A stretch of DNA of 47,199 nucleotides from a virus (Duplodnaviria > Caudoviricetes), in the IMG/VR virus record IMGVR_UViG_3300017774_002618, positions 1 to 47,199 of that record. One strand, 5' to 3'. Shown piece after piece: positions 35,965 to 44,716 of the stretch (its first letter is position 1; each line of letters opens with the position of its first letter). Below the pieces are notes generated by a model. It was not told the DNA's origin, made no database searches, and saw only the letters and a program-made list of their open reading frames with translations. The translations under genes and the position numbers were made by a program.

Positions 35965-36288
35965 TTAAACCCACGGCAAGGCCATCTCATATCGGTTCAC
36001 GCCACGCTTGCGGTGGTAGACCTTTAGCAGTCCCTCCGCCTCCAGAACCTTGATCGCACGGATGACCGTTCGCACGCTGCAATTGGCGTCGAGAGCGATT
36101 CGCGATATTTTCGGATAGCTGTGTTCCGTCCTGTGGTTCATCCGCAGAGCGATGGCGACACCCACCAGCTTGTGGTTCGGCTCGATCTCGGTATGGCCGA
36201 TAACAAGCCGCATCCAGTCCCGGCGATCCTCGCCAAAGTCCCGTGATTCCCGATACGCGACCTGGGCCGCTGAAACTTTTTCATCCAT
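35965..36288 (-). CDS. Stand-alone winged-HTH protein (HTH_36-like, N-terminal half of a replication initiator)
   Basis: SYPKISRIALDANCSVRTVIRAIKVLEAEGLL...NRY. Confidence 0.8.
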   Translation of the reverse strand: MDEKVSAAQVAYRESRDFGEDRRDWMRLVIGHTEIEPNHKLVGVAIALRMNHRTEHSYPKISRIALDANCSVRTVIRAIKVLEAEGLLKVYHRKRGVNRYEMALPWV

Positions 36289-36300
36289 GCGACATCTTTT

Positions 36301-36342
36301 ATACCGATTTGGTATTGCATGTCCATTCCAATCTGGTATTGT
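36301..36342. promoter_or_regulatory. OL operators with PL and a divergent promoter
   Basis: ATACCGATTTGGTAT (36301-36315) and ATTCCAATCTGGTAT (36325-36339); PL-like TTGCAT-N16-TATTGT. Confidence 0.7.
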
Positions 36343-36376
36343 CACTCCATCGAACAAGCCAACCGGAGCCGCCCCA

Positions 36377-36583
36377 ATGACCACCTTCACCGCAGGCCAC
36401 ACTTACACCACCCGCTCCATCGGTGACGCGAACTGCATCATTACCGTCCGCGTGGCCGACCGCACGGCGAAGACCATCCTCACCACCGAGGGCAAGAAAC
36501 TGCGCATCAGCTCCTACGATGGCGTCGAGTTCGTCCGCCCTTGGGGCAATTATTCCATGGCCCCGATCGTGAGGGCCGCGTGA
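36377..36583 (+). CDS. Hypothetical protein, first PL gene
   Basis: GGAG RBS; high-GC3 codon usage. Confidence 0.75.
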   Translation: MTTFTAGHTYTTRSIGDANCIITVRVADRTAKTILTTEGKKLRISSYDGVEFVRPWGNYSMAPIVRAA

Positions 36584-36789
36584 TGCTCAGGCTCCGCGAA
36601 GAAAAGTTCGACGCCGCAACCGGCCAGTGCTTCGGCACCTACGATTACGAGACCCGCTGGCCGTCAGAGGCCGACGCCCGAGCATATTGGAAGCATGAGA
36701 AGCGATGGTTGCCCGCTGCGGATGGTGGTCTGATCGACATGTCCTACCTCCACATCGGCGTGATCCTCACCACGACATTCCTGTCCTGA
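36583..36789 (+). CDS. Hypothetical protein
   Basis: TGATG coupling. Confidence 0.65.
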   Translation: MLRLREEKFDAATGQCFGTYDYETRWPSEADARAYWKHEKRWLPAADGGLIDMSYLHIGVILTTTFLS

Positions 36790-36835
36790 TCCCCGGCCAG
36801 TATCTGGCCATCGAACAAAGCAGATGGAGACGAAG

Positions 36836-37087
36836 ATGACGACCGAGACGATTTCCTCCATTCGCAAGCGCGCCTGGCAGACCCGTCGCGCCAAATACGG
36901 GGTGCATGGACACAACAGCAGTTACAGCCGCGCCAGCGGGCCATGTGCCGACTGTGAGCGCATGCGGGATGTCTTGGTTCGCCTTCACGTCGAGGGCGTC
37001 CTTTCCGAAGGACAGGCATCAAAGGCGATTGGTTTGCATCGCATCGAATTGCGGCAGCGCGCCGACGACTACGGCAATTCGCTCTGA
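36836..37087 (+). CDS. Hypothetical protein with a C-terminal HTH-like segment
   Basis: GGAG RBS; LSEGQASKAIGLHRIELR. Confidence 0.7.
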   Translation: MTTETISSIRKRAWQTRRAKYGVHGHNSSYSRASGPCADCERMRDVLVRLHVEGVLSEGQASKAIGLHRIELRQRADDYGNSL

Positions 37088-37116
37088 CCCCCAATCCACC
37101 TACGGAGAGCAAGATC

Positions 37117-37359
37117 ATGGACGCGAAACAAAACGACGGACCAGCCTTTCCCCATTCGTTTGAATCAGCGGACGGGCATCCTAGCTGGGTGCAGTCGAGT
37201 GGCATGTCCCTTCGCGACTGGTTCGCAGGGCAGATGCTTCCGCACATCGGCACCGGATGGCCGAACTTAGAGAACCGCGAAATGCTGGCAAGGCAAGCCT
37301 ACCAGATGGCCGACGCCATGCTCGCCGCCCGCGCCGCTCTCAAGGCAACGGGAGGCTGA
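37117..37359 (+). CDS. Phage hypothetical protein (GPAFP...GMSLRDWFAGQ...AYQMADAML family)
   Basis: Widespread phage motif; GGAG RBS. Confidence 0.85.
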   Translation: MDAKQNDGPAFPHSFESADGHPSWVQSSGMSLRDWFAGQMLPHIGTGWPNLENREMLARQAYQMADAMLAARAALKATGG

Positions 37360-37365
37360 CGCGCC

Positions 37366-37656
37366 ATGAACGCTCCCCGCATCAAAGACAATGACCGCGA
37401 CGAAATCACCGTCACGCTCGACGGCAAGGAGTTGCGCGGATGGTCCTACGAGAACGAAGCCGAGCGCCGCACGAAGATGCTGGCGGCTCGCGAGTTCGTC
37501 GAGGGCTGGCTCCAGGCTTCCGAGCGCGCTGCGAAGATTGCCGACGATGTCTGGGGCGAAGGCCCGTCCGGTTCCTACGACAACGGCGGGACGCAGGACG
37601 GTTGGAACATGGCCTCACAGCACATCAAGAAACTGATTGAGGCTGTAGCGCCATGA
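37366..37656 (+). CDS. Hypothetical protein
   Basis: GGAGG RBS; operon continuity. Confidence 0.75.
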   Translation: MNAPRIKDNDRDEITVTLDGKELRGWSYENEAERRTKMLAAREFVEGWLQASERAAKIADDVWGEGPSGSYDNGGTQDGWNMASQHIKKLIEAVAP

Positions 37657-37865
37657 ACCGCGAGCGGACGAAAATCCAGGATGAGGCCAACGATCTCGAC
37701 ATGGAGATGCACAGGCTGGCAGGCCGCATCGAACGCTTCGCCGACATGGTTGCGTCGATGCCGAAGCGCCATCGTTCCATCCTTTCGACGGCGGGCAACC
37801 TTCGCTTTGGGCGCTCCGATGTCCGCGAGTTCATGCACGCAGCAGACGTTGAGGAAACGAAATGA
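37653..37865 (+). CDS. Hypothetical protein
   Basis: ATGA overlaps. Confidence 0.7.
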   Translation: MNRERTKIQDEANDLDMEMHRLAGRIERFADMVASMPKRHRSILSTAGNLRFGRSDVREFMHAADVEETK

Positions 37866-38161
37866 ACGCTCCCTTCCGCACCACAACCACGGATCTTGCG
37901 AACGCCCTCATGGGCCGGCCTCGCCAGGATGTTCGGGTCTGCTCGTCTGAGTTCAATGGCGGCACCACCCGGTATGTCGTGTCGGTCAACCGCGAACTCT
38001 ACGAGGTCTACGGCTTCACGCTGCGGGCTTTGCAGAACGGGTTTTCGCCGGAAGAGCTTGAGCTGGAGCCATACGACGAGGACGAGGACCGCGACGAGCC
38101 TGACGGGGACTTTTGCATGAACACAGGTGTGTATCCGCGCGCTTCTGGATGGAGACGGTGA
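37862..38161 (+). CDS. Hypothetical protein
   Basis: ATGA overlap; acidic C-terminus. Confidence 0.7.
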   Translation: MNAPFRTTTTDLANALMGRPRQDVRVCSSEFNGGTTRYVVSVNRELYEVYGFTLRALQNGFSPEELELEPYDEDEDRDEPDGDFCMNTGVYPRASGWRR

Positions 38162-38313
38162 TGGCCTATCAAGTTCTCGTCACCCCTATCAGCGACCGCG
38201 TATTGCCTCCGCTCTTTTGCAGCGGGCCTTTCACCCGCCGAACCGATGCCGTCGCGAATGTCGCGTTCTGGCGGAAGCTTGGATTTTGCAGCGCAAGACT
38301 GGAGACGATCTGA
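38161..38313 (+). CDS. Small hypothetical protein
   Basis: GGAG RBS; TGATG couplings. Confidence 0.55.
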   Translation: MAYQVLVTPISDRVLPPLFCSGPFTRRTDAVANVAFWRKLGFCSARLETI

Positions 38314-38663
38314 TGAACACCTCCCCCGTATCCGGCTGGGAAGCAGAACGCGAACGGCTCAGGAAGGCGCTGGAGCAGATCGCAGACGGGCTGCATCACA
38401 TCCGCAGAGTTCATCGCTGGAGTGAAGCGCAGCGCATAGCCCGCGCCGTTCTCTCCGAGTCAAAGGAACAGACGACAGCAGACGGGTGGATCGAGTGGAA
38501 GGGCGGGGAGTGTCCGGTTGCCGGCAACGTTCTGGTCGAGCGCAAGTATCGCGGCAATCCGGGTGTGAGGCATACCGCCGACGAGGCGACGTGCTTCGAC
38601 TGGTCGCATGACCCGAGAATGTCCGACTCCGACATCATCGCCTACCGCGTGGTGACTCCATGA
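38313..38663 (+). CDS. Hypothetical protein (GWIEWKGGECPV...WSH...DIIAYRV)
   Basis: Common phage mosaic motif. Confidence 0.75.
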   Translation: MNTSPVSGWEAERERLRKALEQIADGLHHIRRVHRWSEAQRIARAVLSESKEQTTADGWIEWKGGECPVAGNVLVERKYRGNPGVRHTADEATCFDWSHDPRMSDSDIIAYRVVTP

Positions 38664-38785
38664 ACCGCGCCGACGAACTTCTCAACAACGCCTGCGAGTG
38701 GCTGGCACGCCATCATTGGGTTACGTGCGCGATCCTCTGCGCCTCCTTCATTGCCGCTGGGCTTTATGCAGGAGGACCGTTGTGA
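38660..38785 (+). CDS. Small membrane protein
   Basis: ATGA/GTGA overlaps; one TM. Confidence 0.5.
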   Translation: MNRADELLNNACEWLARHHWVTCAILCASFIAAGLYAGGPL

Positions 38786-39027
38786 ACGCCATCACCAAGC
38801 ACGACGAAGCCTCTGCTGTCCTGGTGCGGCGACACAATCGCGAGGCGCAACGCGAAGCGTGGTTCAGTCTTTCGCAGACGCAGCGCCGTCTTTCGTGGCG
38901 GGCGCGTCGGGAAGCCCTGCAAGCCGAGCGCGAGAACAACCACGCTCGATACGCCCACTACGCGACCGAGGCCAGACGGCTTTGGCGCGAGGCAAAAACC
39001 CACCTGAATTTCGCGAGGACATGGTGA
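38782..39027 (+). CDS. Hypothetical basic protein
   Basis: AGGAGG RBS before the GTG. Confidence 0.65.
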   Translation: MNAITKHDEASAVLVRRHNREAQREAWFSLSQTQRRLSWRARREALQAERENNHARYAHYATEARRLWREAKTHLNFARTW

Positions 39028-39530
39028 TGAACGCCCCATTTCTGCAAGCAGGGTTCGTCCGTGCCGAGATCGACAAGCTGCTGTCAGCATACCCTGAATT
39101 GAGCGAGGACGAAACCCTCCGGCTCGACATGATCGAAGCTGAGACGGACGCTCTGAAGGTGATCGGCAAGGCTCTGGACGAGCGCATGGAGGCGACCGCG
39201 ATGGTTGCCGGCATCAACTCGCACATCGATGCACTGACCGTCCGCCGCGACCGCTACGACCGCAAAGCCGAAGCGATGAAGTTGCTCATCAAGTCGATCA
39301 TGGAGGTCGGTCACCTTCCGAAACTGGCGCTGCCACAGGCGACACTCTCGCTGACCGACCCGCGCGTCGTGGTGAACATCATCAACGCCGACGACATCCC
39401 GCAAGGCTACGTCCGCATCAAGCGGGAGCCGGACAAAACCGCAATCAAGGCTGCGCTGGAGCGCGGCGACGAGATCCCGGGAGCCGAACTTGGCTTCGGG
39501 AAAGACGGCCTGACAATCAGGACGAAGTGA
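39027..39530 (+). CDS. Siphovirus Gp157 (Gam-like) family protein
   Basis: Coiled-coil followed by IP..Y.R...EPDKTAIKAAL..G.EIPGAEL. Confidence 0.85.
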   Translation: MNAPFLQAGFVRAEIDKLLSAYPELSEDETLRLDMIEAETDALKVIGKALDERMEATAMVAGINSHIDALTVRRDRYDRKAEAMKLLIKSIMEVGHLPKLALPQATLSLTDPRVVVNIINADDIPQGYVRIKREPDKTAIKAALERGDEIPGAELGFGKDGLTIRTK

Positions 39531-39562
39531 CTACCCAAAGGACAGCAAAAAGGAAAACGGAA

Positions 39563-40258
39563 ATGGAACTGCCAAAGAATGAAGGTGGTAATTTTGAACA
39601 GACGCCAGCCGGGACCTTCATGGCCCGCTGCTATCGGTTCATCGATCTCGGAAGCCATGAACAGGTCTATCAGGGCGAAAGCAAGGGCCTGAAGCGCCTC
39701 GTTATGATTGGCTTCGAACTGCCGACCGAACTGATGAGCGACGGCGAATGGGCGGGCAAGCCGTTCACCATTCACAAGCGCTATACGTGGTCCACGCACG
39801 AGAAGGCGAACATGCGCAAGGATCTGGAATCCTGGCGCGGGCGCAAGTTCAACGACAGCGACTTCGGCCCCGGCGGCTTCGATGTGCGCAACCTGCTTGG
39901 TGTCCCTGCCACGCTGACGATCGTTCACAGCGAGCATGACAACAAGAACTATTCGAACATCGCCAGCATCGGGACGGCCATGAAGGGCGTCAACATGCCC
40001 GACGCCATCAACGCTCCGGTCTACCTGTCTCTCGACCCGACGCGGTTCGACCGCATGGTGTTCGACAGCCTGTCCGACAAGCTGAAGGCGTTCATTTCCG
40101 AGACGCCGGAATACAAGGCGATCTTCGCGCCCGCCAAGTCGAACGGCTACGCCAATCAGTCCGGCGGCACCACCCGATATGACCAGTCTCCGCTCCCCGC
40201 CGGCCAGCGTGACTTTGCGCCGGGAGACGCGGAACTCGTAGACGACCTGCCGTTCTGA
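39563..40258 (+). CDS. Phage single-stranded DNA-binding protein-like
   Basis: PAGT..ARCY..IDLG...LRKDLESWRG-type pattern; acidic DDLPF C-terminus. Confidence 0.75.
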   Translation: MELPKNEGGNFEQTPAGTFMARCYRFIDLGSHEQVYQGESKGLKRLVMIGFELPTELMSDGEWAGKPFTIHKRYTWSTHEKANMRKDLESWRGRKFNDSDFGPGGFDVRNLLGVPATLTIVHSEHDNKNYSNIASIGTAMKGVNMPDAINAPVYLSLDPTRFDRMVFDSLSDKLKAFISETPEYKAIFAPAKSNGYANQSGGTTRYDQSPLPAGQRDFAPGDAELVDDLPF

Positions 40259-40268
40259 GGGCTGAGAG

Positions 40269-40727
40269 ATGGTCACGCGCTCCGTAAAGAACCAAGACGA
40301 TCTGGCTCTGCTGAAGGTCTACCTGGACGGCCGGAAACGCCCGTTCACGGTGGATATCACGGAAGGGCGTGACCGCTCGTCGGAACAGAACCGCCTCGCA
40401 TTCAAATGGTATGTCGAGATCAGCGACCAGACAGGTGAGGACCGGGAAGACGTGCGCGCCAGGTGCAAACTGGAGGTCGGCGTTCCGATCCTTCGCGCGG
40501 AGCAGGAGAAGTTCCGCGCCACCTATGACCGGCTGATCCGGCCCCTCGCCTACGCCGATAAGTTGCGGCTGATCCGCGACACGGAACTACCGGTCACCAG
40601 TTTGCTGAACGTCGAACAGATGAGCCGGTATCTCGACATCGTGTTCCGCCGTCATGCCGAGATTGGCGTGGTGCTGACCATTCCGCCGGATCGCTATGCA
40701 TTCAACCCCGAAAGGAAAGCTGCGTGA
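40269..40727 (+). CDS. NinB/Orf-like recombination protein
   Basis: RSSEQNRL..KWY.EIS...TS.L...QMSRYLD. Confidence 0.72.
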   Translation: MVTRSVKNQDDLALLKVYLDGRKRPFTVDITEGRDRSSEQNRLAFKWYVEISDQTGEDREDVRARCKLEVGVPILRAEQEKFRATYDRLIRPLAYADKLRLIRDTELPVTSLLNVEQMSRYLDIVFRRHAEIGVVLTIPPDRYAFNPERKAA

Positions 40728-40918
40728 TGAACCTCTCCGTCGCCCCTTCCTCAGCCCGCCGTTCAAAGCGTCGTCTCGCAACCTACGAGGCAAAGCACCA
40801 GCAGCTTGCAGATGAGGTTTTGACCGACTGGCTATGCGCCGAACTGGAGCGCGAACTTCTCCCAGCCAATGACGGTATGGGGCGGGATGTCTGTGAACTC
40901 ACTGGAGGATTGGTCTGA
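40724..40918 (+). CDS. Hypothetical protein
   Basis: Overlap couplings. Confidence 0.55.
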   Translation: MMNLSVAPSSARRSKRRLATYEAKHQQLADEVLTDWLCAELERELLPANDGMGRDVCELTGGLV

Positions 40919-41121
40919 TGGAAATGGCTTCGGTTCACGCGTCTACGATGATCCGCGACCTGTTGAATGTCGTGGCGCTCACCAACATGCACCGCGCGAG
41001 TGACAATGACGAGTATCGCGCCAGTGCCGAGGCGTGGATTCCGGCGCTTGAACATCAACTTTCATGCCTCAAGCGCGAACTGCTTCCCGCCGGTCGTGCC
41101 GCCCTTCAGGGAAGGGATTAG
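40918..41121 (+). CDS. Hypothetical protein
   Basis: GGAGG RBS. Confidence 0.6.
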   Translation: MEMASVHASTMIRDLLNVVALTNMHRASDNDEYRASAEAWIPALEHQLSCLKRELLPAGRAALQGRD

Positions 41122-41125
41122 AGCG

Positions 41126-41548
41126 ATGGCCCTCGCAATCCGCCGGCCCGATACAGCGTTCTCGCACCAGCCAACCGGCAAGAAATCCAAGCCTGTGAAG
41201 GACAAGGACTATCTGTCCTACCTGCATTCTCTGCCGTGCATCGTGTCGGGAAAGACGCCGGTCGAGGCCGCGCATATCTCATATCCAGATCCCCGCTATG
41301 GCAAGCTGGGTCGGGGCATGTCGGCGAAGGAATCTGACCGCTGGGCAGTTCCGCTGCACCCCGACGAACACCGCCGGCAGCACACGATGAACGAGCGCGC
41401 CTACTGGCGATCAGTCGGGATTGACCCGTGCATCCTGGCTCTGGCGCTTCACGCTGCCTGCCCAGACGTTGGGCTTGGCATCATCATCATCAACAGCATC
41501 GAACGCCGTCCGGCGCTCTGGCAACCCGTAGGAGGCAATGATGACTGA
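41126..41548 (+). CDS. DUF968/HNH-like protein
   Basis: YL..LHSLPC.V.G....EAAH...K.SDRWAVPL...H..QH. Confidence 0.78.
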   Translation: MALAIRRPDTAFSHQPTGKKSKPVKDKDYLSYLHSLPCIVSGKTPVEAAHISYPDPRYGKLGRGMSAKESDRWAVPLHPDEHRRQHTMNERAYWRSVGIDPCILALALHAACPDVGLGIIIINSIERRPALWQPVGGNDD

Positions 41549-41981
41549 CGCAAGGAAGGCGCTGGAGAGCGCACGCGAGGCCGAACTGCAAAGCCGCGCA
41601 TGGAACTGTGACGAGTGGCCGGATTGGCTTCATGTGCTGGTCAACCGGACGAACGAGGTTGCCGACCGTCACGATATGAGTTCCGAGCAAGCCCACGCAT
41701 ACGCGATCCTCGCCGCTCTAGCGTCCGGGGAGCAGGGGTGGCGGACGGACATGGCCACTCTGCCGAGAGACGCGACGATCTTGATCGCAGTTGAACGGAG
41801 GAATGGTCAGCCCATGTTCGGCGACCGTCAGCGGGAAACCTATCCTGCCTACGTGGATGAGGCCAAGCGCCTTTGCGACGCCAGAACCTGCAAGCCCGAC
41901 CCCGGCTTTTCTGGCGAGCATTTTCGCACAGTTGCATGGCGCCCGCTTCCCGTCCCTCCAGCCCCGGAGACACGCTCATGA
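41538..41981 (+). CDS. Hypothetical mosaic protein (DUF551-like C-terminus)
   Basis: GWRTDM.T.P...AWRPLP.PP; GGAGG RBS. Confidence 0.7.
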   Translation: MMTDARKALESAREAELQSRAWNCDEWPDWLHVLVNRTNEVADRHDMSSEQAHAYAILAALASGEQGWRTDMATLPRDATILIAVERRNGQPMFGDRQRETYPAYVDEAKRLCDARTCKPDPGFSGEHFRTVAWRPLPVPPAPETRS

Positions 41982-43399
41982 GCGGCCTGGATGAGAAGGG
42001 CTTGGCCGAGATGGTTGCCCGCAACAAAATCGTCGCAGACTATGTCGATGACAAGCTCGGCGATGTCCGCTTAGATTATTGCGGGCATGGTAGCTTCTCC
42101 GTCGCCTCGCATCTTGCGGATCTCTCCGCCTACCTCTCTGCCGTAGGGCAGAAGGCCGGGACGGCGGAGGTGAAGCCGTTGGAGTGGACGCGCGTCGCGA
42201 AGCCCGGAAGCGAGGACGAATTCGATGAGGCCGACACGCCATTTGGCGGCTACGTCATCACCACTGACGCGTTCAGTTATAGCCCAACCACAGCATATTA
42301 CGTAGACGGCCCGAACTGGTTCAAGGGGCAATTCGCATCTGTAACCGCCGCCAAAGCCGCTGCACAGGCCGACTACGAAGCTCGCATCAAGTCCGCCCTC
42401 ATCCCCGCCCTATTGGTGGCGGAGGCTGCGGAGCCGGTGGCGTTCAAGCCCTGCGTGATCGTCAACGAAGAGGCCGGCATAACCGAGGCGACATTCGAGG
42501 ACGTGCCGTATGTGGCTGTTCCGGTGTTCGACGGCGTGCATCACTGGATCGACAAGCACGTTGCTATGGATGACGGGCGATTGGTCGGCTTTGCCGTGTG
42601 GAAGACCCACCCCGCCCCATCCCCTGTCGTTCCCTCCGGACTGGAGGCGCTGGTAGATCGGTTGAACGGCGTGGCTTTCATGCTGAAGACCGCTCAGACC
42701 ATGGGCGAAATTGCAGTCGGGAAAGGCCAGGCGCCGTTCGAGGTTGTCGAGTCGGCTGTGAGTTCACTTATTGCTGTGGCTGCACAGCGCGATGACGCGC
42801 GCAAGATCGCCGACACATTCGGTCGCGAAGGGCATGAGCTTCGTGAGCGGGTCGCCACCCTCATAGCAGAGCGAGACGAGGCGAAGGCGACGATCGCAAC
42901 GATGGACCGGATCTTGCGAGCAACTGTCCCTGAGGAGCACAAGAGCGCCACGTCATCAGTCGGCGGCATTCAAAGCTATGTCGTGGGTCTGGAACGCTCC
43001 CTCTCCGCAGCCCTCACTCGGATAGCCGAGATCGAGGGGGCGTTCCGAGCAGCCATGGCGATGCATCTGCGGGTCAACGCGGCGCAATACCTCCTCGCCA
43101 ACACGCGGGCGCGATCCAACGGGTCGCTGAAAGCGCACCACCACGCAGCCATGACGACGGCATATGTGGCGGCGTTGCGTGGGGTCGATCCAGACCATGT
43201 GCGCATGAATCACGAGCCCGATTACGCGCTAGTCCACGACAAGACTGCCGAAGATCTGACCGACCGCATGGAGGTCATCGGCTTCGATATCGACGGCTTT
43301 GTCGAAGACAAGCTGATCGACAAATTCCAGGCGACGTTTCACGACATCGCCGTTCGAGCCATCCGTTCCAGCGCTACCAAGCAGGAGAAGGCAGAATGA
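41978..43399 (+). CDS. Mosaic accessory protein (Ead/Ea22-like position)
   Basis: ATGA overlap; VKPLEW, AAKAAAQADYEARI and EPVA modules plus a coiled-coil. Confidence 0.75.
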   Translation: MSGLDEKGLAEMVARNKIVADYVDDKLGDVRLDYCGHGSFSVASHLADLSAYLSAVGQKAGTAEVKPLEWTRVAKPGSEDEFDEADTPFGGYVITTDAFSYSPTTAYYVDGPNWFKGQFASVTAAKAAAQADYEARIKSALIPALLVAEAAEPVAFKPCVIVNEEAGITEATFEDVPYVAVPVFDGVHHWIDKHVAMDDGRLVGFAVWKTHPAPSPVVPSGLEALVDRLNGVAFMLKTAQTMGEIAVGKGQAPFEVVESAVSSLIAVAAQRDDARKIADTFGREGHELRERVATLIAERDEAKATIATMDRILRATVPEEHKSATSSVGGIQSYVVGLERSLSAALTRIAEIEGAFRAAMAMHLRVNAAQYLLANTRARSNGSLKAHHHAAMTTAYVAALRGVDPDHVRMNHEPDYALVHDKTAEDLTDRMEVIGFDIDGFVEDKLIDKFQATFHDIAVRAIRSSATKQEKAE

Positions 43400-43530
43400 G
43401 ACGCCTTTGGACGCGCATCAAGCAGATGCTTTGCCGACACGATTGGAAGGTCTGCCGCTTCATCAGACTAGGTGCGGCAGGGCCTTCTTACCAATGCACC
43501 AAATGCGGGAGTTATCACCATGCCGACTGA
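43396..43530 (+). CDS. Small Cys/His protein (DUF1660-like)
   Basis: LCRHDW...CTKCG; ATGA overlap. Confidence 0.55.
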   Translation: MRRLWTRIKQMLCRHDWKVCRFIRLGAAGPSYQCTKCGSYHHAD

Positions 43531-43891
43531 CGCCCTCTCCCCCGAAGTAATGAAGCTGGCGCGGGAGGCCCTGTCCGCATACTACCTCGCGAACAACCCG
43601 CAGTCGAATATGCACGTCGACGTGTTGCTGCCGAACTGGCGTGACGGCGCGTCTGAGGCAGAAATCCAACTCATCGAAGCCATCGCCCGCGCCCTCACCG
43701 CCGATCGCGCCTCCTGTCAGGCACGGGTAGAGCAACTGGAGCGCGAGATCCTCCGCTGGAAAGCCGCCGCGTCATACGGTGACGGCTCGCCGATGTATAC
43801 TCCCGAAAGGCTCCAGAAAAGCATCGAGAAGCTCATTGAGTCCCGCGACCGTTATGCCGCGCTTGCAGCCCGATCCGCTCTGAGGAAGTAG
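43520..43891 (+). CDS. Hypothetical protein
   Basis: GGAG RBS. Confidence 0.65.
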   Translation: MPTDALSPEVMKLAREALSAYYLANNPQSNMHVDVLLPNWRDGASEAEIQLIEAIARALTADRASCQARVEQLEREILRWKAAASYGDGSPMYTPERLQKSIEKLIESRDRYAALAARSALRK

Positions 43892-43893
43892 CC

Positions 43894-44187
43894 ATGACTA
43901 TGAAGAGGCGCACATGGGCAAGAGCAGTTAGAGACGCAGCGCAGTCGCGCCCAATTTTCTTGGCTAACTATATTCTGAATTTGTTCAGGCGAAAACACAA
44001 GCGGAAGCCCGAAAGGTTCAGCCACGCGAGCTTTAGCGACCTACCGCTTTTTTGGCAGGGTTATCTCACGCAAATGAACGAGGACTATGCGGAGGCCGAG
44101 AAATTCTTTGCTTCCGAAGTTGAGCGGCTCAAAGCCGAGGCCGCCACTCTCCGCGCCCTCGCAGACCGAAAGGAAGGTGACGCATGA
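43894..44187 (+). CDS. Hypothetical protein
   Basis: GAGG RBS; operon continuity. Confidence 0.6.
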   Translation: MTMKRRTWARAVRDAAQSRPIFLANYILNLFRRKHKRKPERFSHASFSDLPLFWQGYLTQMNEDYAEAEKFFASEVERLKAEAATLRALADRKEGDA

Positions 44188-44372
44188 CCGCGACACGCGA
44201 ACAGATCGCAGCACGGCGAGCCGCGCAAATCGCCTACCGCGTCTGCTCCGAAACACGGCACGTCTCGCTCGGCATCAAAGCGTCCGACGCGATCCTGGCT
44301 GAGTTCGGCCTTCTCCCGACTATCGATGGAGAGATGACAGACGAGCATTTCGATAGGGACGAGCGGAGATGA
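44184..44372 (+). CDS. Hypothetical protein
   Basis: ATGA overlaps. Confidence 0.6.
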   Translation: MTATREQIAARRAAQIAYRVCSETRHVSLGIKASDAILAEFGLLPTIDGEMTDEHFDRDERR

Positions 44373-44716
44373 GGGCGCTTGCAATCGAGCGGGTGACCCC
44401 CGAGCAGTTGGCAGACGAGATCGGCTGTTCGTCGCGGCATGTGCGAAAACTCGCCAGAGACCTTGGCGCGTGTCGCATCTTCGGCAAGACTATGTTCTTA
44501 ATGCCTGACGATGTGCAGGCCATTCTGGAAGCGAGCCGGCCATGTCCCTCAAACACTTCAAACGCGGCGAAATCTGGCACTACCGGGGGACCGTTGCCAA
44601 GCGGCGACTACGCGGATCTACAGGACATGCTGACAAGGAGAAAGCACTCCAGTTCATCGCCAAGATCGAGCATGACGCCCGGAACCGTCATCCCGATGGG
44701 AAGCAAGAAACGCTGA
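44369..44716 (+). CDS. xis: Excisionase-like HTH protein overlapping the integrase
   Basis: TPEQLADEIGCSSRHVRKLAR...GK...L..DDV; directly before int. Confidence 0.7.
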   Translation: MRALAIERVTPEQLADEIGCSSRHVRKLARDLGACRIFGKTMFLMPDDVQAILEASRPCPSNTSNAAKSGTTGGPLPSGDYADLQDMLTRRKHSSSSPRSSMTPGTVIPMGSKKR

